A stretch of DNA of 64,000 nt from Octopus sinensis (GCF_006345805.1 NW_021836318.1:53367-117366), one strand, 5' to 3'. Shown: positions 1 through 11,338, counted from the stretch's first letter. A program made the numbers and translations. Notes: generated by a model from the sequence alone, not told the origin.

Positions 1-1608
1 TGAATACATAGCTGTAAAGAGGTACCATGTGGAGGTACAGTCCTATGATATACCTTGAATGCATAGCTGTAAAGAGGTACCATGTGGAGGTACAGTCCTA
101 TGATATACCTTAAATGCATAGCTTTAAAGAGGTACCATGTGGAGGTACAGTCCTATGATGTACACAGAACACTTTGCTGTATGTAGGTACCATGTGGAGG
201 TACAGTCCTATGATATACCTAGAAAGCATAGCTTTAAAGAAGTACCATGTGGAGGTACAGTCCTATGATATACCTAGAAAGCATAGCTGTAAAGAGGTAC
301 CATGTGGAGGTACAGTCCTATGATGTATCTTGAATGCATAGCTGTAAAGAGGTACCATGTGGAGGTACAGTCCTATGATATACCTTAAATGCATAGCTGT
401 AAAGAGGTACCATGTGGAGGTACAGTCCTATGATATACCTTGAATACATAGCTGTAAAGAGGTACCATGTGGAGGTACAGTCCTATGATATACCTTGAAT
501 GCATAGCTGTAAAGAGGTACCATGTGGAGGTACAGTCCTATGATGTACACAGAACACTTTGCTGTAAAAGGTACCATGTGGAGGTACAGTCCTATGATAT
601 ACTTTAAATGCATAGCTTTAAAGATGTACCATGTGGAGGTACAGTCATATGATATACCTTGAATGCATAGCTGTAAAGAGGTACTATGTGGAGGTACAGT
701 CCTATGATGTACACAGAACACTGTGCTGTAAAAGGTACCATGTGGAGGAACAGTCCTATGATATACCTAGAAAGCATAGCTGTAAAGAGGTACCATGTGG
801 AGGTACAGTCCGATGGTATACCGTGAATGCATAGCTGTAAAGAGGTACCATGTGGAGGTACAGTCCTATGATATACCTTGAATGCATAGCTGTAAAGAGG
901 TACCATGTGGAGGTACAGTCCTATGATATACCTAGAAAGCATAGCTGTAAGAGGTACCATGTGGAGGTACAGTCCTATGATATACCTTGAATGCATAGCT
1001 GTAAAGAGGTACCATGTGGAGGTACAGTCCTATGATATACCTAGAAAGCATAGCTGTAAAGAGGTACCATGTGGAGGTACAGTCCTATGATATACCTTGA
1101 ATGCATAGCTGTAAAGAGGTACCATGTGGAGGTACAGTCCTATGATATACCTAGAAAGCATAGCTGTAAAGAGGTACCATGTGGAGGTACAGTCCTATGA
1201 TATACCTAGAAAGCATAGCTGTAAAGAGGTACCATGTGGAGGTACAATCCTATGATATACCTAGAAAGCATAGCTGTAAAGAGGTACCATGTGGAGGTAC
1301 AGTCCTATGATATACCTTGAATGTATAGCTGTAAAGAGGTACCATGTGGAGGTACAGTCCTATGATATACCTAGAAAGCATAGCTGTAAAGAGGTACCAT
1401 GTGGAGGTACAGTCCTATGATAATCCTTGAATGCATAGCTGTAAAGAGGTACCATGTGGAGGTACAGTCCTATGATATACCTAGAAAGCATAGCTGTCAA
1501 GAGGTACCATGTGGAGGTACAGTCCTCTGATATACCTAGAAAGCATAGCTGTAAAGAGGTACCATGTGGAGGTACAGTCCTATGATATACCTTGAATGCA
1601 TAGCTGTA
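1..1608 (+). repeat. 55-bp satellite array (distal end of the unit A array)
   Basis: Monomer CATAGCTGTAAAGAGGTACCATGTGGAGGTACAGTCCTATGATATACCTTGAATG; TGAAT at positions 1 and 56 gives the 55-bp period. Confidence 0.99.
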
Positions 1609-2096
1609 TGTATCATGTTGTCATATTCTATTGATTTTGTTTTATGAAAGGGCATTTGTTCATGGAATTTTTTGTGTGGCAGATAAAAATGCTCCATTGC
1701 AATATTTAGATATTTCATAATATATTTTGTGTTCAACTCCCACTGTTACAAAGTTTGTGTTTTATCAACCCTGGAATGACAGAACATTTATAATATAAAA
1801 TGCCAGGCTTTTATTGGTTTACATTTCATCAACTGTACAGCCTTCCCTGCTAAAACTTTTGTCTCATGTTTATGTTCAACACACGACTGCTGCTGTCTGA
1901 TTTAATAAAGTTCTTGAAAAAATCATCTCCCTTCTGTTTCTCCTACGTGGATTGACATTCTTCTTTCAATGTTCCAGATTCAACAAAAGAACCCTCTCCC
2001 CGCCTGGTTTTTTTTTCACTTGTGTTAAAATCAATGTTCATTTTTGTATTTTGTCCTCATGATGTTCATGGCTCTGAAGATACCAAAGTTAATATG

Positions 2097-4150
2097 TCTC
2101 TGTCTCTGTACTGTCCTCTTGTAATGTCTCCCTCGTCTCTGTGCTGTCTTCCTGTAATGTCTCTCATCTCTGTAGTATTTTCTCGTAATGTCCCTTGTCT
2201 CTGTACTGTCCTCTTGTAATGTCCCTCATCTCTGTACTGTCCTCCTGTAATGTCCCTTGTCTCTGTACTGTCCTCTTGTAATGTCTCCCTCATCTCTGTA
2301 CTGTCCTCCTGTAATGTCCCTTGTCTCTGTACTGTCCTCTTGTAATGTCTCCCTCATCTCTGTACTGTCTTCCTGTAATGTCCCTTGTCTCTGTACTGTC
2401 TTCCTGTCATGTCTCTTCATCTCTGCAGTATTTTCTCGTAATGTCCCTTGTCTCTGTACTGTCCTCTTGTAATGTCCCTCATCTCTGTACTGTCCTCCTG
2501 TAATGTCCCTTGTCTCTGTACTGTCCTTTTGTAATGTCCCTCATCTCTGTACTGTTCTCCTGTAATGTCCCTTGTCTCTGTACTGTCCTCTTGTAATGTC
2601 CCTCATCTCTGTACTGTCCTCCTGTAATGTCCCTTGTCTCTGTACTGTCCTCCTGTAATGTCCCTTGTCTCTGTACTGTCCTCCTGTAATGTCCCTTGTC
2701 TCTGTACTGTCCTCCTGTAATGTCCCTTGTCGCTGTACTGTCCTCCTGTAATGTCCCTTGTCTCTCCTGTCCTCCTGTAATGTCCCTCCTCTCTGTACTG
2801 TCCTCCTGTAATGTCCCTTGTCTCTGTACGGTCTCTTGTAATGTCTCCTTCATCTCTGTACTGTCCCTTGACTCTGTAATGTCTCCCTCATCTCTGTACT
2901 GTCCCTTGACTCTGTACTGTCCTCTTGTAATGTCTCCCTCATCTCTGTACTGTCTTCCTGTAATGTCTCTTCATCTCTGTAGTATTTTCTCGTAACGTCC
3001 CTTGTCTCTGTACTGTCCTCTTGTAATGTCCCTCATCTCTGTACTGTCTTCCTGTAATGTCCCTTGTCTCTGTACTGTCTTCCTGTAATGTCCCTTGTCT
3101 CTGTACTGTCTTCCTGTAATGTCCCTTGTCTCTGTACTGTCTTCCTGTAATGTCCCTTGTCTCTGTACTGTCCTCTTGTAATGTCTCCCTTGTCTCTGTA
3201 CTGTCTTCCTGTAATGTCCCTTGTCTCTGTACTGTCTTCCTGTAATGTCCCTTGTCTCTGTAATGTCTTCCTGTAATGTCCCTTGTCTCTGTACTGTCCT
3301 CTTGTAATGTCTCCCTCGTCTCTGTAATGTCCCTTGTCTCTGTACTGTCCTTTTGTAATGTCCCTCATCTCTGTACTGTTCTCCTGTAATGTCCCTTGTC
3401 TCTGTACTGTCCTCTTGTAATGTCTCTTCATCTCTGTAGTATTTTCTCGTAATGTCCCTTGTCTCTGTTCTGTCCTCTTGTAATGTCACTCATCTCTGTG
3501 CTGTCCTCCTGTAATGTCCCTTGTCTCTGTACTGTCCTCTTGTAATGTCTCCCTCGTCTCTGTACTGTCTTCCTGTAATGTCCCTTGTCTCTGTACTGTC
3601 CTTCTGTAATGTCCCTTGTCTCTGTACTGTCCTCCTGTAATGTCCCTTGTCTCTGTACTGTCCTCTTGTAATGTCTTCCTTGTCTCTGTGCTGTCCTTCT
3701 GTAATGTCCCTTGTCTCTGTACTGTCCTCTTATAATGTCTCCCTCGTCTCTGTACTGTCCTCCTGTAATGTCTCTTATCTCTGTACTGTCCTCCTGCAAT
3801 GTCACCTATCTCTGTTCTGTCCTTTTGTAATGTCCCTCATCTCTGTACTGTCCTCCTGTAATGTCCCTTGTCTCTGTACTGTCCTCCTGTAATGTCCCTT
3901 GTCTCTGTACTGTCCTCCTGTAATGTCCCTTGTCTCTGTACTGTCCTCCTGTAATGTCCCTTGTCTCTGTACTGTCCTCTTGTAATGTCTCTCATTTCTA
4001 TACTGTGCTCTTGTAGTGTCCCTAACCTCTGTAATATTCTCTCGTAATATTGCAATAATCTTTGTAAAGTCCCTTGTCTTTGTAATGTTCCAATGTCCCT
4101 CATTTCTGTGTTGTCCTCTTGTAATATCCATAAACTGTGTAATGTCCTTT
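2097..4150 (+). repeat. 31-bp pyrimidine-rich minisatellite (with 33-bp variants)
   Basis: Unit TGTAATGTCCCTTGTCTCTGTACTGTCCTCC; TGTAATG at 2592, 2623 and 2654. Confidence 0.98.
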
Positions 4151-4597
4151 TGTAATTATCTCCAATCTTTGTCCACTCATCCACTCATAACACCCATCAT
4201 CTGCAATGCTCTGAAATTATCAATTAGCAGTAAATTAATTTCGGATTTATATTTTAGTCTTTTACATCCACGGGAAGGTAGAAGTGCTGATTTATTCGTG
4301 GAGGACAATAATGTATTCTGAGGAAGACTTTAGCACCATTTCTTGCAGGTCGAGTAATTGCATAAAGGCTTCCTCACTTGCTTACAGTCTTCCATATTAT
4401 ATGTATGTTTAGTTTTCAGCTCAGCCTTCACTGAGGAGACAGACCTATAAATATGACATTCCAGTTATGACCAACCATTCTCTCCTTTTTTTTTTCTATC
4501 AGATCAGTGATCACATTATCCAAATAACCTTTTTATCAAATGGGTGTAGTTTGAAGGGAACTTGTGACCAACCATCCTTTTTTTTTTTCCATCAGAT

Positions 4598-4906
4598 CAG
4601 GGATCACATTATCCAATTATACCCTCCCATTTTTTTTTTTTCAAGATGACCGAATGTAGTTTGAGACAGCTTGTCTGTTTTTGTTTGGACCCAGGTCAAG
4701 CCTGATTAAGCACGACTGTGATCAAGCATATTCCAGCCATGACCATCCCTTCTCAATAGTTTCAGACATAGTGTATCTAGAACTACATTCTCCCAAGTCC
4801 TTCATTGCAAAGTGTGGTTCAAAGGAGACCTGTCTAACTGTCGTTGTTTAGCCCCAGGTCAGTTCTGATTGAGTTCAACTATGAGCAAAAGATTCCAGTT
4901 GTGACC
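4598..4906 (+). repeat. ~310-bp dispersed direct repeat, copy 1 (unclassified interspersed repeat with internal ..ATTCCAG..TGACCAT.. modules)
   Basis: Near-identical to 6602-6917; internal degenerate modules at about 4691, 4852 and 4975. Confidence 0.85.
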
Positions 4907-5805
4907 ATTCCATCAATTTTATCAGGCATAGTCTCTTTACAACCACAGGCCATGCTTTTTGGAAGTCTCTCAATAAAACTTATGATCAAAGACAGTCAAC
5001 CCATGACCATCTTGACATATTATTCTTTTCAGACCTGAGATTATATTGCATAATATATCCTTCCCTTTTTTTTTTTTAAGGAATAGGGTCTGGTTGGAGG
5101 GAGGACTTGCTTGGTCTATCTTTCAGCTCAGCTGACAACAAACATGGTCTCACACTGTCCATGGGGTACAACATAACAACTACTGCAGTGTCCATGTCCC
5201 CTGACTCTCTGTAGAGAACCCCTAAACCTATAAAAAATATCAAAACTTAATATATAAATAAAATAAAAAAGAACAAAAAATTTTTTATTAATATTTTTGA
5301 TCTTTTTTGTTTGTTGTCTTTTTTTTTTAATCTTTATGGGGTTTTTGGCATTTTTTTTTTGAATATAGAATGTCCCAAAAGCAGTACCCAAATTTGAATT
5401 GAATACATATCTATTGGGCAATTACTTTTGGGACATCTTACTCTCACTATAGTTTTTTTGTAATTGCTGTTGTTTTTGTTGTTGATGTTGTCTTTTGTGA
5501 ATCTATGTTGAGAAAGAAAAAATATAAATTGAAAAAATAAAAACAAAAAAAAAGTATTTATTTGGTGAATATATATATAAGCATATGAAGATTTTAAATA
5601 TTTATAGAAACTACTTTTGTTTTGTATTTGTATTTATGTTGTCCGTGTCATTGTTGTTGTAATTTATGTAAATTTATGTAAATAAATAAACAAAGAAAAC
5701 CCAACCAAAATCATTTGTTTCTGTGTTCTTATTTTTGGGAGGCTGGGGGTTGACATGGTTTTTAAATTTTTGATTTTACTCGCTTTAATCATTGGACAAT
5801 GTAAT

Positions 5806-6171
5806 AGTGATGACGAGGGTTCCAGTTGATCCGAATCAATGGAACAGCCTGCTCGTGAAATTAACGCATAAGTGGCTGAGCACTCCACAGACACGTGCAC
5901 CCTTAACGTAGTTCTCGGGGATATTCAGCGTGACACAGAGAGTGACAAGGCCGGCCCTTTGAAGTACAGGTACAACAGAAACAGGAAGTAAGAGTGAGAG
6001 AAAGTTGTGGTGAAAGAGTACAGCAGGGATCACCACCATCCCCTGCCAGAGCCTCGTGGAGCTTTTAGGTGTTTTCGCTCAATAAACACTCACAACGCCC
6101 GGTCTGGGAATCGAAACCGCGATCCTATGGCCGCAAGTCTGCTGCCCTGACCACTGGGCCATTGCGCCTCC
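5806..6171 (-). mobile_element. tRNA-derived SINE (octopus OR/OK-like), full length
   Basis: Minus strand starts GGAGGCGCAATGGCCCAGTGGTCAGGGC (A box) and contains GGTTTCGATTCC (B box), followed by a non-tRNA body of ~290 bp. B copy at ~35545-35910. Confidence 0.85.
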
Positions 6172-6601
6172 AGTTATGTAAGTACTTCATCAGGGAAAAC
6201 ATTTTGAAATACCCATCCATCCAGCCAGCCATCTACTCTACCCAGTATTCTAGAGAGGGCTGTGAGGGTAGAGCCCCTAGCCCCACGTCACCCATAGGGT
6301 CCTCTCAGAAGCAACTGTCATTACACTTTCCAGCTGGATTCCCAAACAGGACCAAATGAAACTATAGAAGTTATCCAACCATTTTGTTCTCAGTTTATCT
6401 TTAGGTCTCCTATTGGTTGGCTCAGCTTGAATTCGTCTTGCATTTCTTTCCTGAGACATTCTAATGCCATGTTTGTTGTACCAGAGCTGTGAGCTTTCAG
6501 TGTGAAGAAGTAGCAGCTCACCCGGAGAGATTCCCTGAGACTATGGCTATTACCCAACCATCCTTGGTCTACCCCTAGGTTTTGGCTTAGTTTGAAGAAC
6601 C

Positions 6602-6917
6602 CAGGGATCACATTATCCAATTATACCCTCCCATTTTTTAAACATTTTTTCAAGATGACCGAGTGTAGTTTGAGAGAGCTTGTCTGTTTTTGTTTGGACC
6701 CAGGTCAAGCCTGATTAAGCATGACTGTGATCAAGCATATTCCAGCCATGACCATCCCTTCTGAATAGTTTCAGACATAGTGTATCTGGAACTACATTCT
6801 CCCATGTCCTTCATTGCAGAGTTTGGTTCAAAGGAGACCTGTCTAACTGTCGTTGTTTAGCCCCGGGTCAGTTCTGATTGAGCTCAACTATGAGCAAAAG
6901 ATTCCAGTTGTGACCAT
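6602..6917 (+). repeat. ~310-bp dispersed direct repeat, copy 2
   Basis: CAGGGATCACATTATCCAATTATACCCTCCC...GATTCCAGTTGTGACCAT matches 4598-4906. Confidence 0.85.
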
Positions 6918-7870
6918 CTCATGTCATTCTTGTCCCATCTGTAGTACCAAAGCTGTGATCATCCAATGCAGAGATACAGCAGTTTAACCTGTAGGGACAC
7001 CTGATCGCGAATCTATGCAGCCTGTTGAGTAAATGTTACCCCAGGGATCCTTTGGAGGCTCTCCATTTTGGCTGCTTGCATTCACGATCACAATCTTTCA
7101 GTCACAACCCAATATTCATGACCATACACTACCGTCAGAAATTAATTAGCACCCTTGATTTGCTCTTCACTCAAGGTATGTGCTGTCACCTAGTGGCCAT
7201 ATCTTGAACTATTGCTTTGTTGCGAGTTCACTGTTGCGCAGAACGATGACGTAACTTTGTTTGCAGAGCAGTTTGAGAGTCTACAGCCTTATGATGTTGA
7301 CATAGCAGTGCAACAACTTGGAGTGCGGATGCAGACAAATCTTCCTTTGTTTAATAGATATAGGTAACGCCTCGCAAGGACCGAAATCACACCATACTAA
7401 GTTTTCTCATCGCGTAAGGCGTTTTGAACAGCTCAAAGGTTAATTGATTTAACCTATTTAATGTAGAAATTTGAGATGTGCTAATTAATTTCTGACGCAA
7501 GTGTAGGTGAGAATAAGCAATTGACTTTTTTTTAACCAACCTCTCCTCTTCTGAAGATCAAATGCTCCAGCTGGCACATTACTCTGCCAGTACTTGCAAT
7601 TCTAGCATCTGATTCAGCCTCCTGCTTACCATTACTCATAAATATGGCCCTGAGATACTTAAACCTCTCCACACATCTCAATGATGTTCCACTAACATGT
7701 ACAGGCTTTCCTGAATGGATTGAAAGTAGAGATTGCTTTGTTTAACAGTTTCTTCTTTGGCTGTAAAACATTGTGAACAAAAGCAACTTGGTGTGTTGCC
7801 AGATGGCAAAAGAAGCCCTTGGTTTAAACAGGAAATTAAAAATGCCCAATAAGGTTTGAGAATCAGTTAA

Positions 7871-8091
7871 CCCTTTAGGGTTCGCATTATTCTGCCAAAA
7901 TTAATCCTTTTTCATCCACATTGTTTTGAACAAATCATGCATTATCTTGTAGCTATGAGATTTTGATGAGGTAGCTGTTAATTTTTAAAACGATATTGTG
8001 GGGTTGGTGTGAGAGACCAGATCTGGCCAGTTTGACCATAAAACAGGCAGAATACTTTTGGCCGGATATGGCCGGTTTAAATGCTAAAGGG
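7871..8091. mobile_element. piggyBac-type MITE (221 bp)
   Basis: TTAA target duplication (7867-7870, 8092-8095) flanking perfect terminal inverted repeats CCCTTTAG...CTAAAGGG; no ORF. Confidence 0.85.
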
Positions 8092-8192
8092 TTAAAGCTG
8101 TTCATGGTTTTTCAATCTACAGAGAAATGTGTTAACGTTTTATCTGCCAAAGAAATAAAAACCTTTATATTGGTTGGAGGAGAGTAACCTAC

Positions 8193-8599
8193 TCTTTTTT
8201 CTTTTACTCTCTTTTACTTGTTTCAGTCATTTGACTGCGGCCATGCTGGAGCACCGCCTTTAGTCGAGCAAATCGACCCTGGGACTTACTCTTTGTAAGC
8301 CCAGTACTTATTCTATCGGTCTCTTTTGCCGAACCGCTAAGTGACGGGGACGTAAACACACCAGCATCGGTTGTCAAGCAATGCTAGGGGGACAAACACA
8401 GACACACAAACACGCATATATATATATACATATATACGACAGATTTCTTTCAGTTTCCGTCGACCAAATCCACTCACAAGGCATTGGTCGGCCTGGGGCT
8501 ATAGCAGAAGACACTTGCCCAAGATGCCACGCAGTGGGACTGAACCCGGAACCATGTGGTTGGTAAGCAAGCTACTAACCACACAGCCACTCATGCGCC
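8193..8599 (-). mobile_element. CORE-type tRNA SINE, full length, with LINE-derived hairpin tail
   Basis: Minus strand: GAGTGGCTGTGTGGTTAG (A box), GGGTTCAGTCC (B box), CORE-like TTGGGCAAGTGTCTTC, then 3' tail GCGGTGCTCCAGCATGGCCGCAGTCAAATGACTG and (GTAAAAGA)-like repeats. B copy at ~37931-38337. Confidence 0.85.
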
Positions 8600-8621
8600 T
8601 ACTGATTAAGTTTCTGCAAAT

Positions 8622-8783
8622 GCACCTTGTCGGTGCCACATGAAAAGTACACTCTGTAAAGTTGTTGGTTTTAAGAAGGGCATCCAGCCAAAGAAACCTT
8701 GCCAAAACAGACAAATGGAGCTTGGTGCTGCCAAACCATCCAACCCATGCCAGAATGGAGAAAAGATGTTAAATGATGTGTTG
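8622..8783 (+). mobile_element. RTE-associated SINE/LINE fragment
   Basis: Contains AAGAAGGGCATCCAGCC, resembling the GGAAGGGCATCC motif of RTE-clade elements, and ends ..GTTAAATGATGTG; assignment is from recalled motif similarity only. Confidence 0.45.
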
Positions 8784-8785
8784 AG

Positions 8786-8912
8786 GATATATATACATAC
8801 ATACATATATATACATACATACATATATATACATACATACATATATATACATACATACATATATATACATACATACATACATATATATACATACATACAT
8901 ATATTTACATAC

Positions 8913-8945
<33 letters not shown>

Positions 8946-8990
8946 CATACATACATATATATACATACATACATATATATATATATATTT
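8786..8990. repeat. Compound (TACA)n/(TA)n microsatellite
   Basis: Read directly from the sequence; source of the YIHT/MYVC ORFs. Confidence 0.97.
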
Positions 8991-9576
8991 TGTTACGAAG
9001 GTGGGGACCTCCTATTCGAACTGTTACGGAATCCCTCACACCCGGGCCCGTTCGATGCAGCGAATGTTTTCACTGCGGAAACTCGTCGGAGAGGAGAGGA
9101 GAGACACAACAACAACACCAGGAGAAGCAGCACAGAGAGATACAGAGGCAACCGAGAGAGACACAAAGAGGCAAGGCACAACTGGCTTACATTTAACAAC
9201 TAGTTTATGACAATCAATTGTTACAACATCAAAGCATTTGAAGGAAACAACAAATCAATACAGGTATACAACAGATCAAAGCATTCAAAGTTGCAGATAC
9301 AATGTAACCGTCTGGTAACGACACAACAAGTTCAATAACAACAGCAATTAAAGAATACACGTCCGATGACACAGTTCTATTTCAAAACACATCAACAAGT
9401 CATATACAGTTCGAAGGACATTACAGGCCTAACAGTTCAATGTTCATTATACAATGTTCGTATCACAACAATTCACATTACAGTTCAAAGTCTTTAATGA
9501 CTACATCAGAGTCCTTCTTTTTCTCTCTCTTTCTTCTTTCTTTTTTTTTCTTTTACAGTCTCTTTACATCGTAACA
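8991..9576. mobile_element. Candidate solo-LTR-like element (586 bp)
   Basis: Termini TGTTACGA (8991) and TCGTAACA (9569-9576) are an 8-bp inverted repeat of TG...CA type; no TSD, PBS or PPT found. B copy at 38764-39346. Confidence 0.45.
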
Positions 9577-10070
9577 CGTATCAATACATAATTAAATACC
9601 TTTAGTTCCTACTAGAATAGCCAGTGTCCCATATTGTAGTTCCTCTCTAACAGCCGCCTATTCCTCTGTATATATCCCTCTCTGTACTGCTAACTCCAAC
9701 CTGCCAAGCTCTTGCATCCCAACCGCCCGCCTTGACGACCAAAATCCGACTGTTCGCTTTGACGACCGAATCCCGACTGTCCAAAAACCTCTTACTCTAT
9801 CACTACCATCAATCCCTCTCTGCACTGCTAATATCCTCTCTATCTCCTCTCAGATTCCTTACTCTATCTTTCTCACTACTTTCCTCTTCCTCTTCTTCAA
9901 GGGGTGTTTAGAACGACCTCTAGTTCACCCGAAAGGGGTCGCAGGTCCACCCAGAACCGATCAATCCACCTGAATCTGACAGGACAATGGGTTTATCCCA
10001 AAAGTAGGTCACCAGCTCTGTCCTTAAGCTGAATCACAACAATATATATATATATATATACACACACACA

Positions 10071-10300
10071 AGGTGGCGAGCTGGCAGAAACGTTAGCACA
10101 CCGGGCAAAATGCGTAGCCGTATTTCGTCTGCCGCTGCGTTCTGGGTTCAAATTCCGCTGAGGTTGACTTTGCCTTTCATCCTTTCGGGGTTGATAAATT
10201 AAGTACCAGTTACGCACTGGGGCCGATGTAATCGACTTAATCCGTTTGTCTGTCCTTGTTTGTCCCCTGTGTTTAGCCCCTTGTGGGTAGTAAAGAAATA
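10071..10300 (+). mobile_element. tRNA-derived SINE, AGGTGGCGAGCTGGCAG family (best-preserved copy)
   Basis: A box TGGCGAGCTGG, B box GGGTTCAAATTCC (10144), body CTTTGCCTTTCATCCTTTCGGGGTTGATAAATTAAGTACC, ends in (TA)n. B copy at ~39839-40068. Confidence 0.88.
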
Positions 10301-10320
10301 TATATATATAGAGAGAGAGA

Positions 10321-10560
10321 GACCTGCATGGGGTGGATGCAGATGTCTTTAAAATGAAACTGGATCTCTTCTTGTCAGGTGTCCCAGATGAACCAACTTC
10401 ACGGCAGGAGGTGCAGATGAGGGCAGCTGCATCGAACTCTCTCATGCACCAAATGGCAATTGCTAAAAAGCATTCGTGAAGTAAAATCATGTAGCAACAC
10501 CAAATGGCGGTGCCCCAGCATGGCCACAGCTCATGAGCTGAAACTAGATAAAACAAAATA
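10321..10560 (+). mobile_element. 5'-truncated LINE 3' end (CR1-group-like ORF2 C-terminus plus 3' UTR hairpin)
   Basis: Frame from 10321 reads DLHGVDADVFKMKLDLFLSGVPDEPTSRQEVQMRAAASNSLMHQMAIAKKHS* (TGA 10477-10479); the FKxKLDxFL..PDEP..AxSNSL pattern is recalled from CR1-group ORF2 ends. Followed by palindrome CAGCTCATGAGCTG and an A-rich tail. Confidence 0.65.
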
Positions 10561-10565
10561 AATAA

Positions 10566-10850
10566 TTAATCGATAATGTATTCACCCTTGTGGTTTACAA
10601 CTTCTTCCCAACGTTCAACAAGATTTTTCAATACCTCGTTGGTAGAAATCACCTGATTTTGTCTCGAAAAATTGATCCAACCAAGCTCTAAATTCTGCAT
10701 TAGTATTGAACAAAACTCTGTGCATAGCATTTGAAAGACATCGAAAGAGGTGGAAATCCGTTGGTGCCAAATTAGGAGAGTACGGCAGGTGTGGCAGCAC
10801 TTCCCAGCCATGCGTTTGAATGGCTTCCTTGGTCATATTGGCGTTATTGA
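10566..10850 (-). pseudogene. Mariner (Tc1/mariner) transposase C-terminal fragment
   Basis: WEVLPHLPYSPNLAPTDFHLF matches the mariner HPPYSPDLAPSDYHLF motif; a frameshifted tail reads LVERWEEVVNHKGEYIID*; no TIR retained. B copy at ~40335-40620. Confidence 0.9.
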
Positions 10851-11066
10851 GGTGGCAAGCTGGCAACAGCCATTAACATACCAAACAAAATTCTTACTGG
10901 CCTTTTATCTTTCTTTAACATTCTGAGTTCAAATGTCGTCAAGGTTGACTGTACATTTCATCCTTTCAGGGTTAATGAAATAAATATCATTTGCATATTG
11001 GGATCGATGGAAATCAACTTACACTCCCTCTTCCATAATTGCTGGCCTTGTGCTAAATTTGAAACC
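10850..11066 (+). mobile_element. Degenerate SINE, AGGTGGCGAGCTGGCAG family
   Basis: AGGTGGCAAGCTGGCAAC head, TGAGTTCAAATG B box, CATTTCATCCTTTCAGGGTTAATGAAATAA body, (ATT)n tail. Confidence 0.75.
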
Positions 11067-11168
11067 ATTATTATTATTATTATTATTATCATTATTATTA
11101 TTATTATTATTAATATTATTATTATTATTATTATTGTTATTATTATTGTTGTTATTATTATTATTATC

Positions 11169-11202
<34 letters not shown>

Positions 11203-11338
11203 TATTATTATTATTGTTATTATTATTATAATTATTATTATTATCGTTATTATTATCATTATTATTATTATTATTATATTATTATTATTATTATTGTTAT
11301 TATTGTTATTATTGTTATTATTATTATTATTGTTATTA

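Noticed and set aside
428-1090. ORFs such as MWRYSPMIY.. and RYIIGLYLHMVP.. in all three arrays
   Set aside because: They are translations of a 55-bp repeat (not a multiple of 3) and arise from occasional indels; no coding signal.
2066-4184. Long repetitive ORFs (RDITGGQYRDKGHYRRTVQRQGTLQEDSTE) in the 31-bp arrays
   Set aside because: They are open in several frames only because the purine-rich strand lacks stops, and frames differ between units; no start or promoter context.
6095-6171. tRNA-like sequences at SINE heads (also 8530-8599 and 10071-10160)
   Set aside because: A and B boxes are present but the cloverleaf is incomplete and each runs into a SINE body; these are not tRNA genes.
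7170-7300. Possible ancient RT remnant (QG..VLSP-like and NDDVTLFAEQFESLQ)
   Set aside because: The motifs are in different frames and too degenerate to support without a profile search.
10540-10870. Intact mariner element
   Set aside because: Only ~95 C-terminal codons with a frameshift; no TIRs or TA TSD; truncated by neighbouring insertions.
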